Assembly: GCF_947568905.1 (NCBI RefSeq)
Contig: NC_079169.1
Coordinates: 58,652,001 to 58,716,000 of the forward strand
DNA: 64,000 nucleotides
DNA from: Ostrea edulis
Lineage: Eukaryota
Direction: 5' to 3'
Shown here: one piece after another, positions 46,169 to 58,206 of the stretch
Layout of the letters: the number at the start of each line of letters is the position of its first letter
How positions within the stretch are numbered: the first letter of the stretch is position 1
Position numbers and translations under genes: made by a program
The notes under the pieces: generated by a model
Told to the model about the DNA's origin: nothing
The model's input: the letters and a program-made list of their open reading frames with translations, nothing else
The model's database searches: none

Positions 46169-47839
46169 AGACAAAGTCTGAGGATTCAGTCAGGTGTTGT
46201 AATTCAACTTATCGACTAGCTGTAGAAAGAAATGAGGTCACTTAGGGACTAGTAGAAAACTCTTCTGTATTGTTGTACACACGGTTTCTGTCTGTTAACA
46301 CACAAGCCTTGTGGGTTGACTGGATAATGTATTGGCTTAAAAGTTTAATGGCAGCCGATATGCACAGAAACCAGCAAGGTGAATTTTGGCATAATATATA
46401 TATTGTAGCTGCAATTCCACATTTACTAACAGACCCATCTGTTTCGATCCATAGTTGATCTTCTTAACTCTATGTTAGGCTGTCTCAAATTAGCAAGACA
46501 AGTCGTCAGTCATTAGTCCATTTGGTTTTGTCCTTAGATTGTAATTCACTGATGACATTTTCAAGTGAAGAGATGGAATGTGTACTACTTAGTAGAACAT
46601 GGGATAACATCTTGTATGCACCGATAAAAGACCGCAATACAAGGACTGAATAGGGTACATTGTAGCTTGCAAGTGGACAGACCAGTGATATTGTGAGGGT
46701 TTGCAGAAATACGACATTGTGACTGTATCCATCGTAGTTTTGAGACGCATCCGACTTGTAGCTAAAATTCAGCACATGATTTCTTCATGGGAATTTTCTG
46801 ATCCAGGCATTATCATTGCGCATCTGGTATACACTCTCACGCTTTTGGATAGGGTAACGATATCACAGTATTTCATTCACTCCTTGGTTAGCGGGATTTG
46901 ATAGACGACATTGGGTAGGTCAGTCACAATAAAAAGATTACCACTGGATACTGACATGCAAAGTAGAGTTCATATCTGACACAAGGGATGACTGGGGTTT
47001 CGAGTAGCGTCCAACATTTTCTAATGCAGTTACCAGTCTGTGACCTCCGTTGGATTTCGAGACTAGGAAGGAAGGGATTAGGTATTCAACTGTAGTACTC
47101 ACGTCCTCTGGATTTCTCAATACTCCAAGGACTTTCATATCATCACATTTGTCCTGGATTGTGTGAAGTTTATTTTGGAGGACTGTGGAAACCTCAGTTC
47201 CTTTTTTGTGGTGGCTCATGTTGATTTTCATTTCAAATTATCCGAAAACTCCGTTATAGCCATGAAGCTTGATTAAAGACTGACTCTTGTTCCGTGGACT
47301 TTGCGAAACTTCTGTTGCAGCTGAGGTGTAAGGATGTGGTCAGGATCTCCCTGGACAGCATCTGAGTACTGGGTTGCATGTGACTCTCTTGGTGCTCGGT
47401 GTTGGCTCATATTGGGATTAGTGCCTGGAGTTATAGTCTGGTTGTGAGACAGTGCGCAGACAGAAATGATCTGAGTTTGTTTTGTTTTTTAGATGTCTGT
47501 GTGTTGTTAGTACGCGGATTTTCCCTTCTACTACATCCATTATATTCGGGTAGGGCCATATGTCGAGTGAATGACAGGATTCAATACGGGGTTCTATAAC
47601 CACAGTACCTTCTCATGGTAAGTGTCCTAGTAAGGATATTTCGATATAGGAGCCTGTCCACAATGTGGTGGCGGGAGCTCTTGCGACGTAAGCCTGGGTC
47701 CTTCGTATCCAGTTCTGTTGGTCGTGGCCATGGGGTGTAAAGTAGTAGATAACATGAGAATCGCCAATCATTATTTCGCGATGTTCGGAATGAATGTTAA
47801 TGCCATTTGAAGTCATAAATGGAATACCTGTCAACGAGA

Positions 47840-48860
47840 CGTGATCGGATCAAGTTATTGTAGTAATGATAAATTGATTATATATTTCCTTATGTATTTT
47901 TTAAATCCACGTTTGTAAGATAATAAATGTAATCCAAAAAACCCACAAAAAACACAGACATGCAGTGAAATTATATTTTGTGTACGCAGTCTTGTTTCTG
48001 ACGCGGCAGTATCTTAATTAAACAACAAAAATCGTTGCGTTGATGAATTGTGACGTCATCAGTTTCTTAGGATACAGAAAACCAGTGTGGTGATCCGGAA
48101 AACTGGATCACACTCTGTGAAATCAACAGTATCTAAAAACGAGAGATTGATGGGGATATAACAGAGAATATTGTTGTTCTTTATTCTTTCATTTGCACGC
48201 TTCACGTGAATTTGCTTTATCTCGATCTTGAAAGAAAGCTGTACTTCCTCTTTATTGAAATGGGATTTTGATGAAAGGAAAGATGGAATTTTCAATGTCA
48301 CTCCTGGCTGAAATTTATCGACTTTGTTAAATCCCTTATCTGAAAGAATCATATATCGCCTGGCTTCAGCATGTCCAATACACCATGGTGATTAACAATG
48401 GCAGAATTGGGGGGTGGATCCAGGATAGAGTTCAAAACTGTACAATACATTTGGTGCTACACAAGTGATAGCATTTGCTGTGTTGCGACTTTTGTAATTG
48501 CTGTAAAATAATTACCGACTAGTTATTCGTGTTTGTATATCCTGTGTTATGTCTGCGGCATCCATTGCGATTCTTGCAGATGAAAACTCTTCAAATGATT
48601 TCGACATTGACCCTTTGTACTTAATCTGGGAGGTGTGCTTTTAAATTTTAAATCTTTCTGCTAAGATCCCTTAGTGTGACTTCATAAGAGTCACTGGTAT
48701 GAACCTTGCACTGTCCATCCACAGAAGTAGTTAAATGAGTCCATTCTCTTCATAACAGCCACCAACACATTGACTACTTCAGAAGGAAATGATATATATA
48801 ACAGCTTCTGTAACAAGCATAAATGTAAAATGAATATCATAATACTGGAGTGATTCAAGA
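47840..48860 (-). mobile_element. ISL2EU/Harbinger-type (DDE_Tnp_4-like) transposase remnant
   Basis: SNYKSRNTAN..VAPN..MILSDKGF..LKIPSFL..HFNKEEV..IHVKRANERIK resembles YKHHNT..TPNG..DKGF..IPPFL..IHVERAI.RIK. Confidence 0.65.
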
Positions 48861-48944
48861 AAAAACAGGAGGTGGGTGAGTATAACCCAAGTTGATAGTA
48901 TCTTCCTTAAAGAAGGGAAGGGGTAAAAACGCCACAATTGAAGA

Positions 48945-50700
48945 AACAAAAACGAGGCCCATGGGCCACATTGCTCACCTGAATCACCTTGGCCCTTTCC
49001 TTCAGCTGTTGTGATTTTTAAGACTTTTTATCAATCTTTATTCCCATTAGACATATTGTGGGCCTATCCAAGCCCCAAAGGATCAAATCCTAAATGAAAA
49101 TGATACACATGATAAAGAGTTGCCTCAACATCAATATGACTAACAAGATCTTGCTGTTCTATATAAAACCAAGGTCATAGATCATGGTGGTATGATATGA
49201 ATGACCTTGTCATAAGAAATCTGTATACAAAACATGAAAGCTCTATCTTAAATAGTTCAGGAGATGTTGGATACGTCAGATTTTTATTAAAAGTAGATCA
49301 AACTTCCAGGTCAACGTCACAAGGTCAAACACCAAAATATAACAAGGTTTGCCAAATAGAATTCATAAACAAATTACCAAAGCCGTACCTTAAATAATTC
49401 ACGAAATTTTGAATTGGTTAGGGTATATTAAAAGTAGATCAAACTTCAAGGTCAAACGATCCAACACCATTGTGTCACAAGATAAAGAACTTATATATAT
49501 ACAAAATGTGAAACCCTACCTTAAATAGTTTCGAATATACTTAATAGGGTATAATTTCTTAAAAGTAGGTCAAACTCACATTTCAAAGACACATGGTCAA
49601 AGTACATGATATAAAATGAAAGCTCTTGTCATTGTAACGACTGCTTGTTACATATTTGATCGATGATGTGACACCAAGGAGGTATCTATCCGGTACCTAT
49701 GAGGCTCGTTGCAATAATATTGGGTTCGAAGGTACCTATCTATGATAATAAAAATAAATATTTATAACAGTTAACACAAGAATGTATTCATAATATCAGA
49801 AACACAAGAATAGTCACACTTCAATTACTCGACTAAAATCCCTTAGATATTTAACACTGATAGGAAGCCGGTGTAGATCGGTGTCCGGTGCTACTAGGTG
49901 TCCGATGTAACTAGGTGTCCGGTGCTACTAGGTGTCCGATGTAACTAGGTGTCCGATGTAACTAGGTGTCCAGTGTTAGGTGTTACAGGCGTGGTCGCTT
50001 CGACTAGTGTAGTATACTATTACTAGATTATAATGGCAAAGTCTGGATCTCCGACTCTATGATCAGGATTACATCCTGAACTACTTTAATAATACAAAAA
50101 TATTCCACTCCCAATCTATAGCATATAATGCATATAGAACATTGTTAACCTACTCGTAAGTAAGACATTTAAGTAACTTGGTACAAGGTGCGACTCTAAA
50201 ACTACTCCGTGCGTAACATACTAAAATCCACCACCCTTAATCTATAACATCGTCATAGACTATATATTCAATCAACAGGGATTCCTAAAACATATTTTTC
50301 TCTTCCGACTTACTAGTATAGTTCGTATATAACTTGTTAATAATCCAAGCATTTTATCTATAAAGTTTATATCTAAAACTATTGACGTGTCAATATGTGA
50401 TTCCTAAATCCGGATTCTGGAATTATCGTGCGAAAAATTTCTAATGACATCCAGGTAATCAACAAAAGAGAATTTCTTACACGTTTAAGTTATATCAGAC
50501 TTTAACTTTATCACAATTATCCTACTATGTAAATGTGTCTCACAAGCGCAACACCATAAGAAATTTATTTACAAGATATGCAAGATCTACAATATATGCA
50601 CATTTTTATCAAAGGTAAGATCAAACTTTCAGGTCAAGGTCACAAGGTCACATATTGCATCATATGAAAGGTGTTACCGTAAAGAATGTACATGTATAGG
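48945..50700 (+). mobile_element. HINE (3'-truncated), interrupted by a putative solo LTR
   Basis: aacgaggcccatgggccacattgctcacctga 5' end; ~170-bp internal repeats (aaagtagatcaaacttc..ggtcaa) continue after 50554. Confidence 0.6.
49633..50553. mobile_element. Putative solo LTR (~920 bp) with an internal 17-bp tandem repeat
   Basis: tgtaacg..cgcaaca termini, imperfect 4-bp TSD tcat/ccat, and host HINE sequence resumes after it. (taggtgtccgatgtaac)n at ~49880-49985. Confidence 0.5.
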
Positions 50701-51678
50701 TTCGTATTAGCCCTGTCATGTCAGTGCAACCGAGGGCAAAACAAAGCGGCATTTCCGTCTGCTGTCCGGAAGTTGTGAAAGTAAACATGACTTTCCAACC
50801 CTATTAGTGCGAGTATTCGAACGGAAGGATTTTGAAATCATTAAGCTGGTATTGTAGTTCTTGAAAGCAGTGTGCAGCACTTTAGCATCACTGTTTGCCC
50901 AAATGTCATCGTGAAGGCTATCCAGCGCCTAAGATGTTTCTAGTTTTAAGCTTGCTAACCAGACAGCATGTCTAGGCCGTAAAGTTGCTTAATAAGGGAA
51001 GGTAAGTCCTTGTGTAGCAATCGAAGCCATGCGAGAGTTGTCGTGTTTTCAAGGGATGGTAATAACTCTCCGTCAGCACCCGGAAAGTCTCCCTGGTGGT
51101 ATATGCCTCCTCCTTATTGTAATAGATTGTCCTCAATAAAACTACTTAGCCTTTGGAACAGGTCGGTCGTTCTCAGAATCCACGAAATGAGCGCCAGTTG
51201 ATTGAAATCCGAAATGCATGCATACAGCTTGTCAAATGGATTATATCGAGGTTGAAATCCTCCATGTGATATTTCTGGGAATGGTAGGACAGTTGTTGAC
51301 TATTCGTCCAAGCATAAGTTCTAAGTTGGCTACACTCTGTGCGGCTGTCAGACGTCTTCGCTCGTGAGCATTTTCATCGTCGTCAGTATAACCCTGAAAA
51401 GGGTTGGCGGATATTTTTGGTCCATACGGCATTGTCTGAGAAGAATATAAGACAAAATTTGGATCCAGAGAAAGTATGTGATGCTGTTTCCAAGCTTTGG
51501 TTAGGAGCTCGATTAGTGGCCATAATGGTTGAAGACTGTTGAAGTAAAACACCACACACACACGCGCATGCAGGCGCACACTCATTAACTCCTGTTCACG
51601 ATCAATGTTAAAGTACAAGTGTACATGTACTCGATGTATATTATAAATACTAATTCTGTCAACGTTTTACTTGTACCG

Positions 51679-52190
51679 GACCGGTCGTGGTAGCTCAGTG
51701 GTAGAGCGTTTGCTTTGTACATTATGTAACCGGTAGGTCGTGAGTTTGAACCCTGCTTGTACCAGATCTAAGACTTAAACATGGGTAGTGATTGTTCCTT
51801 CACCAATTAACGACGTGCAGATGAGAATCGGATATGACCTTTAAAACTTAGGTGCTGTGTCGCGACAGGCGTTACAGTAGCATGTTATAAAACCCTCACT
51901 GCTACGGCCCTGAGTGCTAAGTATAGGTCTAAATTTGTGGTACTTCACCTACAACTGGTGACATCTCAATATGAGTGAAAAATCCTTGACGGGGCGTAAA
52001 ACAAACAAATTTGTACCGGTCGCGGTGACTCAGTGGTTTGAACGTTCACTTTGTGATCGGAAGGTTGTGGGTTCGACCCCCGCTCTTAACTAGGCCGCCT
52101 CAAACCTAGGTAAAGACTGTTCCTACACCAAACACTCGGCATCTATAAGTGAGAGTCATGGGTCCTTAAAACCGAGGTCGTTTATCGCTA
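51679..52190 (+). mobile_element. Two tandem tRNA-derived SINE copies (full 51679-52008; truncated ~52014-52190)
   Basis: Heads accggtcgtggtagctcagtggtagagcg and accggtcgcggtgactcagtggtt..ggttcgacccc; the first copy has the complete family tail. Confidence 0.7.
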
Positions 52191-54845
52191 CGTCTAGGTC
52201 ACCGTTTCGTCATTAGAGATACCCGCGTTCATTGACGGAACAATTAATGCACGTTCATTCAAGTATACTGCCGTAGAATTACATATATGTAAAACACATT
52301 TTATGCTGGACCATAATCTAGAGGGATTTTAACAATGATTTCATTATCATTATCAATTCTCACAATTAGTTGTACGTGTATATTCATTACTTTGTATTAT
52401 CTTAAGATATTAAGATTCTAAGGATGAGAGCTGGCGCTCCTTAAATTCTAATCGCAAAGGGTCAACGAAAGTGTCAAATAAAGCAATACAAGCTGTACCT
52501 GACGGAATTTTTCAACTACCTACGTATGCACCAATTAACATCTTAATTGGTATAACTATCATAATCCCCAAGATCTGATAAAAATTCAGCAAAATAAAGA
52601 AAAAAGCACACATAGTATGAGCGTTTCGTGAAAATCGCCATAGGTTCGGACGCAATCGTCGTACACGACCATGGGAACAATGATTGTTAAACAGGTTGCT
52701 GAGACCGAGGTCACGTAGATGAAAACTGACGTGAGTGACTACAAATTTCGTTTGCTTTAAAATATTACACCGTGACGTGAAGGACTTTATGTATTGTAAG
52801 TGTTAGAAAGTAATAACTACACAAATGTGCCACTCAAATGAAATCTTGATAATTAAATGAATTTTCTATAAATTGGCATATATATTCAATTGGATAAATT
52901 GTTTAACAAATCTGACACTTGCGCAATGGTTTTTTTTTTCCCGAACTGGTGACCTCCGAGGTCAATGTACATCGGAGATTACGAACAGGAATTACTATCA
53001 GAAAGACAATAATTGATGAATCGACATTTTCTGCTGATTTGACGGGTTTATTGCTTCAGATCCACTCTGATTATTTAATCACAAGTATGTTATTCTATTT
53101 GCTCTTTTATTTTCAACATATTTTTCACCATCAGTCACAGCTTGTCTTGCTTTGAAGAAAATAACTCTAAAACAATCTTATCAGTGTGGATCTGTGTTAC
53201 TACACAAAAATATTGGAAAAAGGAATTCATCTTTTTTAGGATATAAAAAGGTGTCGTTATACTGAGAATTTACGATGTGAACAGCTAAACGAACCATTTA
53301 CAGGATATCGAAGGACTGAAATTACTTCAGATGGGTAGATGGACTTTGTCAAGAAGATATGAAAATTGTGTTTGTCGCTGATAGCATATTCATGACGCTC
53401 AATGTGATGCAAAATGAGATGTGGTGTATTTAGTCATGAGTGTTTTAATTTTTAAAGACACCTGTGAAATGTTGCAATAGTATCAACTGTAACTGTAAAT
53501 GGCGGATAATATTTATATCTTCAACAATTATTTAATTCTTACACCGATCAAAGGGGAATATTTAAAGGAAAAATGTTTGATCGTTGAAAGATAGAACAGA
53601 AAATTTTGTTTTATGGCTGATCATGAAGTAAATGACGACTGGGATTTCGTGGGGGGTGGTAATTTGTCAATATAACGGCAGGGACCGGTAATTTGGACCC
53701 AAGTCTGAACTTTTTGATGTCATCAGATCTTTCATTTACAGTTCGTATAGTTCAATAAGATTCGATCACGTGACCAACCCCATTTTACATCTCAATAAAA
53801 TTTCAAAATTACACTACATGAAACATTAAAATACATTGAATGAAATAAAAATTGCTAAAAATATAGCTTTCTGCTTAACATTTTACAGAAAATAACGTCT
53901 CAGAATATTTTCTCGGGATTTTGATGGCCGTTTAATGTTGTCAATTATATTTGGTAAAACGTCAAGTAAATTTGCATATTCATGAAACTTTACATATAAA
54001 TACCGGAAGAGGGAAGCTTTCAATTATGGCAGTTGTGTTGCTTCATCTCCCCCTGTTGGTCACCGTGAGGCGTATTTCTGCTCAATCAGCTCACATAAAG
54101 GTAAGCAACTACATGTAGCTTCAGAAGACCATTCCTTACTCAGCGAGTTTCCTGACAAGTTTATCAATATATCACAAGATTTTAAGAAAATACCATATTG
54201 TTCCGTTTCAATTAAATAGGATAAATCTAAATGTTTTTATGGAGATGTAGTAAAAGAATTATTAGACCCTAACTGAGATTAAATAAATGCTTGCATAATA
54301 TTGCGTTTTTATTCCCTCATACAGAAAGTATGGAATTCTGTAAAAATATCCTATATTACACTAGGAATATTCAAATATCAAATCTCTTCACATAGACCAA
54401 TATAAACATTCCATAGATAGATTTTATATTCTCGATTAAACTGAAGGATTGAATTAAATTTCATAATTATGTATATTTGTTTAAAGGGACATTAGCCGTC
54501 ACTTTGTCATTATTAATTTAATTCAATGAAAATTACCCCCATGTTATATAATTCAGTAATAACGCCAGTATTTAATGATTTCAAAAACTTTTTACCCTCA
54601 AAACAGGCCCATGATTATGTGATTTTGGTGATTAAATAATTATTGTCTTGGAAGACAATAATTCTTCCTTATATATTTCTTTTCACAAAGGGACCGGTCA
54701 ATATTTATTGAGGAGTTGGGACCGGTTCAAAATACGATAGGACATATATTTGTTTTGACTTACATACTGATAGGACTCCAACTTTTTTATTATTATTTTT
54801 AACTCTAATAGGACAGCAATATTTTTTAAATTGCAAATGTATCAA

Positions 54846-54900
<55 letters not shown>

Positions 54901-55448
54901 CATTTCAAACTTTTAATTCAAATGTTAGAACTTATCTATCTTACAAACAATAATCCTGAATTGAATGCATACTGTATTTCATGTCCATTGGGTTGAATAT
55001 ACATAGGGACAATTTGCAATAAAATACTGGACCTTTGATCATTTTTAACATTAAAACATGTAATTAAAAGTCATATTAAGTGAATAAAATTGCAATAATT
55101 ACATGTAAGTTTTGCAATGAGTATGGATTTCAATCTTAGAAAATAAAAATGGTGTATCATGAGCGTCATAACTTGAAGGATACAGACCAGAAGTTAAAAT
55201 CTAAACACATCTTTCATAATTTGATAGAGAATACTGAGGTGGGATAGTGAAAAGAAGATTTATATACCATCTTCAAGAAGGAGAAGAGTAAAGGTTCCAG
55301 ACAAATTTAAGGACTATATTAAATGTGATCTATAACAAAGACAATGAAGTGAAATTGTTGTTTAATCATACATATGATTATATTTATTTATTAGATAGAA
55401 CACACATGTTTTTATTATACATCTGATATAGGACAGCAATATATATAT

Positions 55449-55499
<51 letters not shown>

Positions 55500-56455
55500 T
55501 ACAAAGCACTAAAATGACCAACGACACGAACAACGAGATTGTCAAATTTTCGGGACGCCCCGTCCCTTCTTCAGGACAAACGAAAAGAATTACATAATGT
55601 GGTCAATATCAACAGAGCATAATAACAAAAACTACATATAAATACATCTAGCACTACAACTACACTAATCTACAAACGTATTTACAACGCAGGCTACATG
55701 TTTTTGGTCTTTAGGCTTGCCAATCAATGTTAAAAGTGGAGCGAATTAGGACATGCCTTATTCGTCCAAAGAGCTGATCCAAAATGTCCGAAAAGAAAAA
55801 CAATAAACTTAATTAATCTCAAGTGGAACGAGTTAACCCAATTACGTTGACAAATAGTAAAGCTAACTCATTCTATTTTAACCATGCATAATTTATAAAA
55901 GATAATAATAAGTAACAAATACAAAAAAAATAAATAAATAAAAAATAAATGAAAATAAGCTATGTAAACGAAGTAAGAAATGAACAAAGTTTGAGAGAAA
56001 GATAATGTAAACAACAAGTTTGAATAAGTTAACAAAATGGACCAACTCCAAACAAAAACAAAGAATAAGCAACCCAGGAAATTGAATCAACATCAGACAT
56101 TCCCGTGCTGATCATGTCTGGGGTAGATGTGCAAAAAACATAGAATCACGGAAACTGATCAATGGGTTTTACATGTAAGCAATCGGTTATGAAGTTCAAA
56201 GTAATTAAAAGGGATGGGCTGATTGTAAACAGAATTGAAAAGAAAAAAAATGTGTTCAAAAATGGTCATAGTACCACTGTTAGGGACATGATCAGACGAG
56301 TAGGTCTAGATGGAGCTTAAAATCTAGTAAGGGTTTAGCCCGTATTCATCCTGGTGAAGTCAGTAGGTTTGTTGATACCATGCGGTTCAAATGACTTCAA
56401 CCTGTGCATCCAGAATTTTTCCTTCTGCTTTCTTGCGGTATCTATGTATAGGTAT
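55500..56455 (-). mobile_element. Penelope-like element 3' part with C-terminal GIY-YIG remnant (Neptune-like), flanked by (TA)/(GATA)n
   Basis: RKQKEKFWMHRLKSFEPHGIN matches the PLE endonuclease end (R..RE.FWI..L....P.GLN). Microsatellites lie on both sides and an HHR is present in the terminal region. Confidence 0.65.
55539..55579 (-). ncRNA. Minimal hammerhead ribozyme variant
   Basis: Minus strand: UUGUC-CUGAAGA-A-GGGACG ggg CGUCCC-GAAA-AUU-U-GACAA. One extra A before stem II, 2-bp palindromic stem III (AAUU), and a UUU triplet. Confidence 0.6.
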
Positions 56456-56461
56456 ATATAT

Positions 56462-56500
<39 letters not shown>

Positions 56501-56832
56501 TAGATATATATATATGCAATCTTAAAAGATAGGACATTGGGTTGTTTTTTAAATGCTAATATTGAATGCACCGGTCCCAACACCCCAATTAATAATGACC
56601 GGTCCCTAAAAGTTGTTATCTAACGTAATGTTATTAGGTTTCTCTTCTTTTTGAACAAAATAGATGTTATTATTAGTCATTAAGATTTAGGCCTATTCCC
56701 ATGCCATTGAGAAATTTTGAAAGAAATTGGTTGCCATCACTTTCACAGTAAATAAATGAAGATGGTGTGAAACATGTATGTTCGTGGAAAATGCGAAGTA
56801 TTCAAATTATTTAAAATATCTTCGTTACAGAT

Positions 56833-58206
56833 ATGAATATTAGCGGCGTCATTCCCCCCTGGAATACAACTAGTGGAACAATGTCGCTTGAAAACAGTAC
56901 ACCGTCTATGACAGAATACAAACTGTATGACTCTGCAATGAATGGAACTGATGCCACGGTCGCTATGCTGGCGGTACTAATGGCAGTAGGGGTTGTTGGG
57001 AATATACACGTGTTGGCCGTTTTTGGTTTTCAATTTAAGAAGAGCTCCACGTATGTGACGTTTGTTCTCTCTTTAGCAATCATAAACTTCTTGATGTGCA
57101 GTATAGAAATTCCATTTGAAATTTTGGATCTACTTTATCCATACGGTTTTCTCAATCAGTACCTTTGCAAAATATTTAGAACTTCAAATGCTTTTCTTTG
57201 GTTGAGCTCCGTCTTCATTCTCCTCTTAATCGCATTTGACAGATACAAACGAGTTTGCCATCCATTTAAGATCCAATGGTCCATCAAAAAGGCCAGACTA
57301 CTTATTTTGATAGCTGTTAGTGGGGCAACTATTCTCACATTACCTGTTATTTTTGTTTTCGGTCCCCACACTTCAGAGATTGCCAATGGAACTTACGCCC
57401 AGAAATGTTTTTTAGATGACAATGTAAAGGAGAGTGTTTACCCTCTTTTGTACTTGGTCTTTTTACAAATTCTGACCGTCGTCTCGATGATTATTCTTGG
57501 ATTTTCATATATCTCCATCGGATTAACAATCAGAAAACATGCCAAATGGCGAAAGAGAGTCTTACAATATAAAGCAAGCCAACCAAAATACACGAGGGTC
57601 ACTTCAGAAAATTTCACAGGCAGTAAGGAAAATTTCACCAACGATAGTCTGAAGAATTCGGGATGTATCTCTGTCTATACTATTGATACTAAATGTATAA
57701 AAGAAATGTCTAGTAGCCGTGACAAAGAACAGAGTGATGTTCAAACTAACAGCGAAGCTGGGAAACCTAGAACAGAATATGAAAACCATAATGTAGGAGT
57801 ACCAGAAAGTTGGGAAAGTAAAGAAAATGACGCCAGCAATGATTCTAACACAGTGGTCTCGAAAGAATTTAAAAATCATAGAAAATTTGATAGAATGGGT
57901 ATCAATACCCAGTCGAAGAAGAACATGCGTACGAAAGCTTTATTTTTGATCACCGTTGTCTTCATTGTCATGTACACGCCTTACCTGATTCTGGGTGTAT
58001 TTCTGGCCGTGAAAAAAGACTTCCGGGATAATATGAATGACGTAGAGATCACTCTGTATCGTTTAGCAATGAGACTTGTGTATGTAAACGATGTGATAAA
58101 TTGTTTCATTTACGGTATTTTCGACCACCGATTTAAAACTCATGTCTTCCGATTCTACAGTCAATTGCTTTCATTCTTTAAACAGCACTATGTTAAAATG
58201 AAGTAA
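56833..58206 (+). CDS. Class A peptide-receptor-like GPCR (CCK/orexin-receptor-like orphan), 457 aa, single coding exon
   Basis: Seven TM helices; GN in TM1, C3.25 (YLCKIF), DRY, ECL2 Cys (QKCF), long ICL3, TM6 MYTP, TM7 NCFIY. N-terminal sequons. Splice acceptor ttcgttacag lies just upstream of the ATG; a candidate 5' UTR donor is at 54101. Confidence 0.92.
   Translation: MNISGVIPPWNTTSGTMSLENSTPSMTEYKLYDSAMNGTDATVAMLAVLMAVGVVGNIHVLAVFGFQFKKSSTYVTFVLSLAIINFLMCSIEIPFEILDLLYPYGFLNQYLCKIFRTSNAFLWLSSVFILLLIAFDRYKRVCHPFKIQWSIKKARLLILIAVSGATILTLPVIFVFGPHTSEIANGTYAQKCFLDDNVKESVYPLLYLVFLQILTVVSMIILGFSYISIGLTIRKHAKWRKRVLQYKASQPKYTRVTSENFTGSKENFTNDSLKNSGCISVYTIDTKCIKEMSSSRDKEQSDVQTNSEAGKPRTEYENHNVGVPESWESKENDASNDSNTVVSKEFKNHRKFDRMGINTQSKKNMRTKALFLITVVFIVMYTPYLILGVFLAVKKDFRDNMNDVEITLYRLAMRLVYVNDVINCFIYGIFDHRFKTHVFRFYSQLLSFFKQHYVKMK

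Larger units (their letters stand above)
44030..51620 (-). mobile_element. Degenerate Gypsy LTR retrotransposon (gag-PR-RT-RH-INT) carrying multiple nested insertions
   Basis: gag-like ~51560-50750 (LTAAQSVANLELMLGRIVN..LFQRLSSFIEDNLL..LENTTTLAWLRLLH). Post-protease region 47834-47418. RT 47231-46500 (VEYLIPSFLV..GHRLVTAL..YSKPQ; LRSFIGAYK). Integrase Zn-finger region 45870-45072 (TRPSKKFTNIKDVKRYL..HPSKHQ..CSFLKK). C-terminal tail 44344-44036. Confidence 0.78.
54689..56607. mobile_element. Non-autonomous TIR DNA element (~1.9 kb) containing microsatellites and a nested PLE
   Basis: agggaccggtcaatatttattgaggagttgggaccggt at the left end versus the reverse complement agggaccggtcattattaattggggtgttgggaccggt at the right end. 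Confidence 0.65.

Noticed and set aside
51679-52100. tRNA genes (also at 6960-7030, 29500-29566 and 44640-44670)
   Set aside because: A/B boxes are present but there is no full cloverleaf or acceptor stem, and SINE bodies follow directly.
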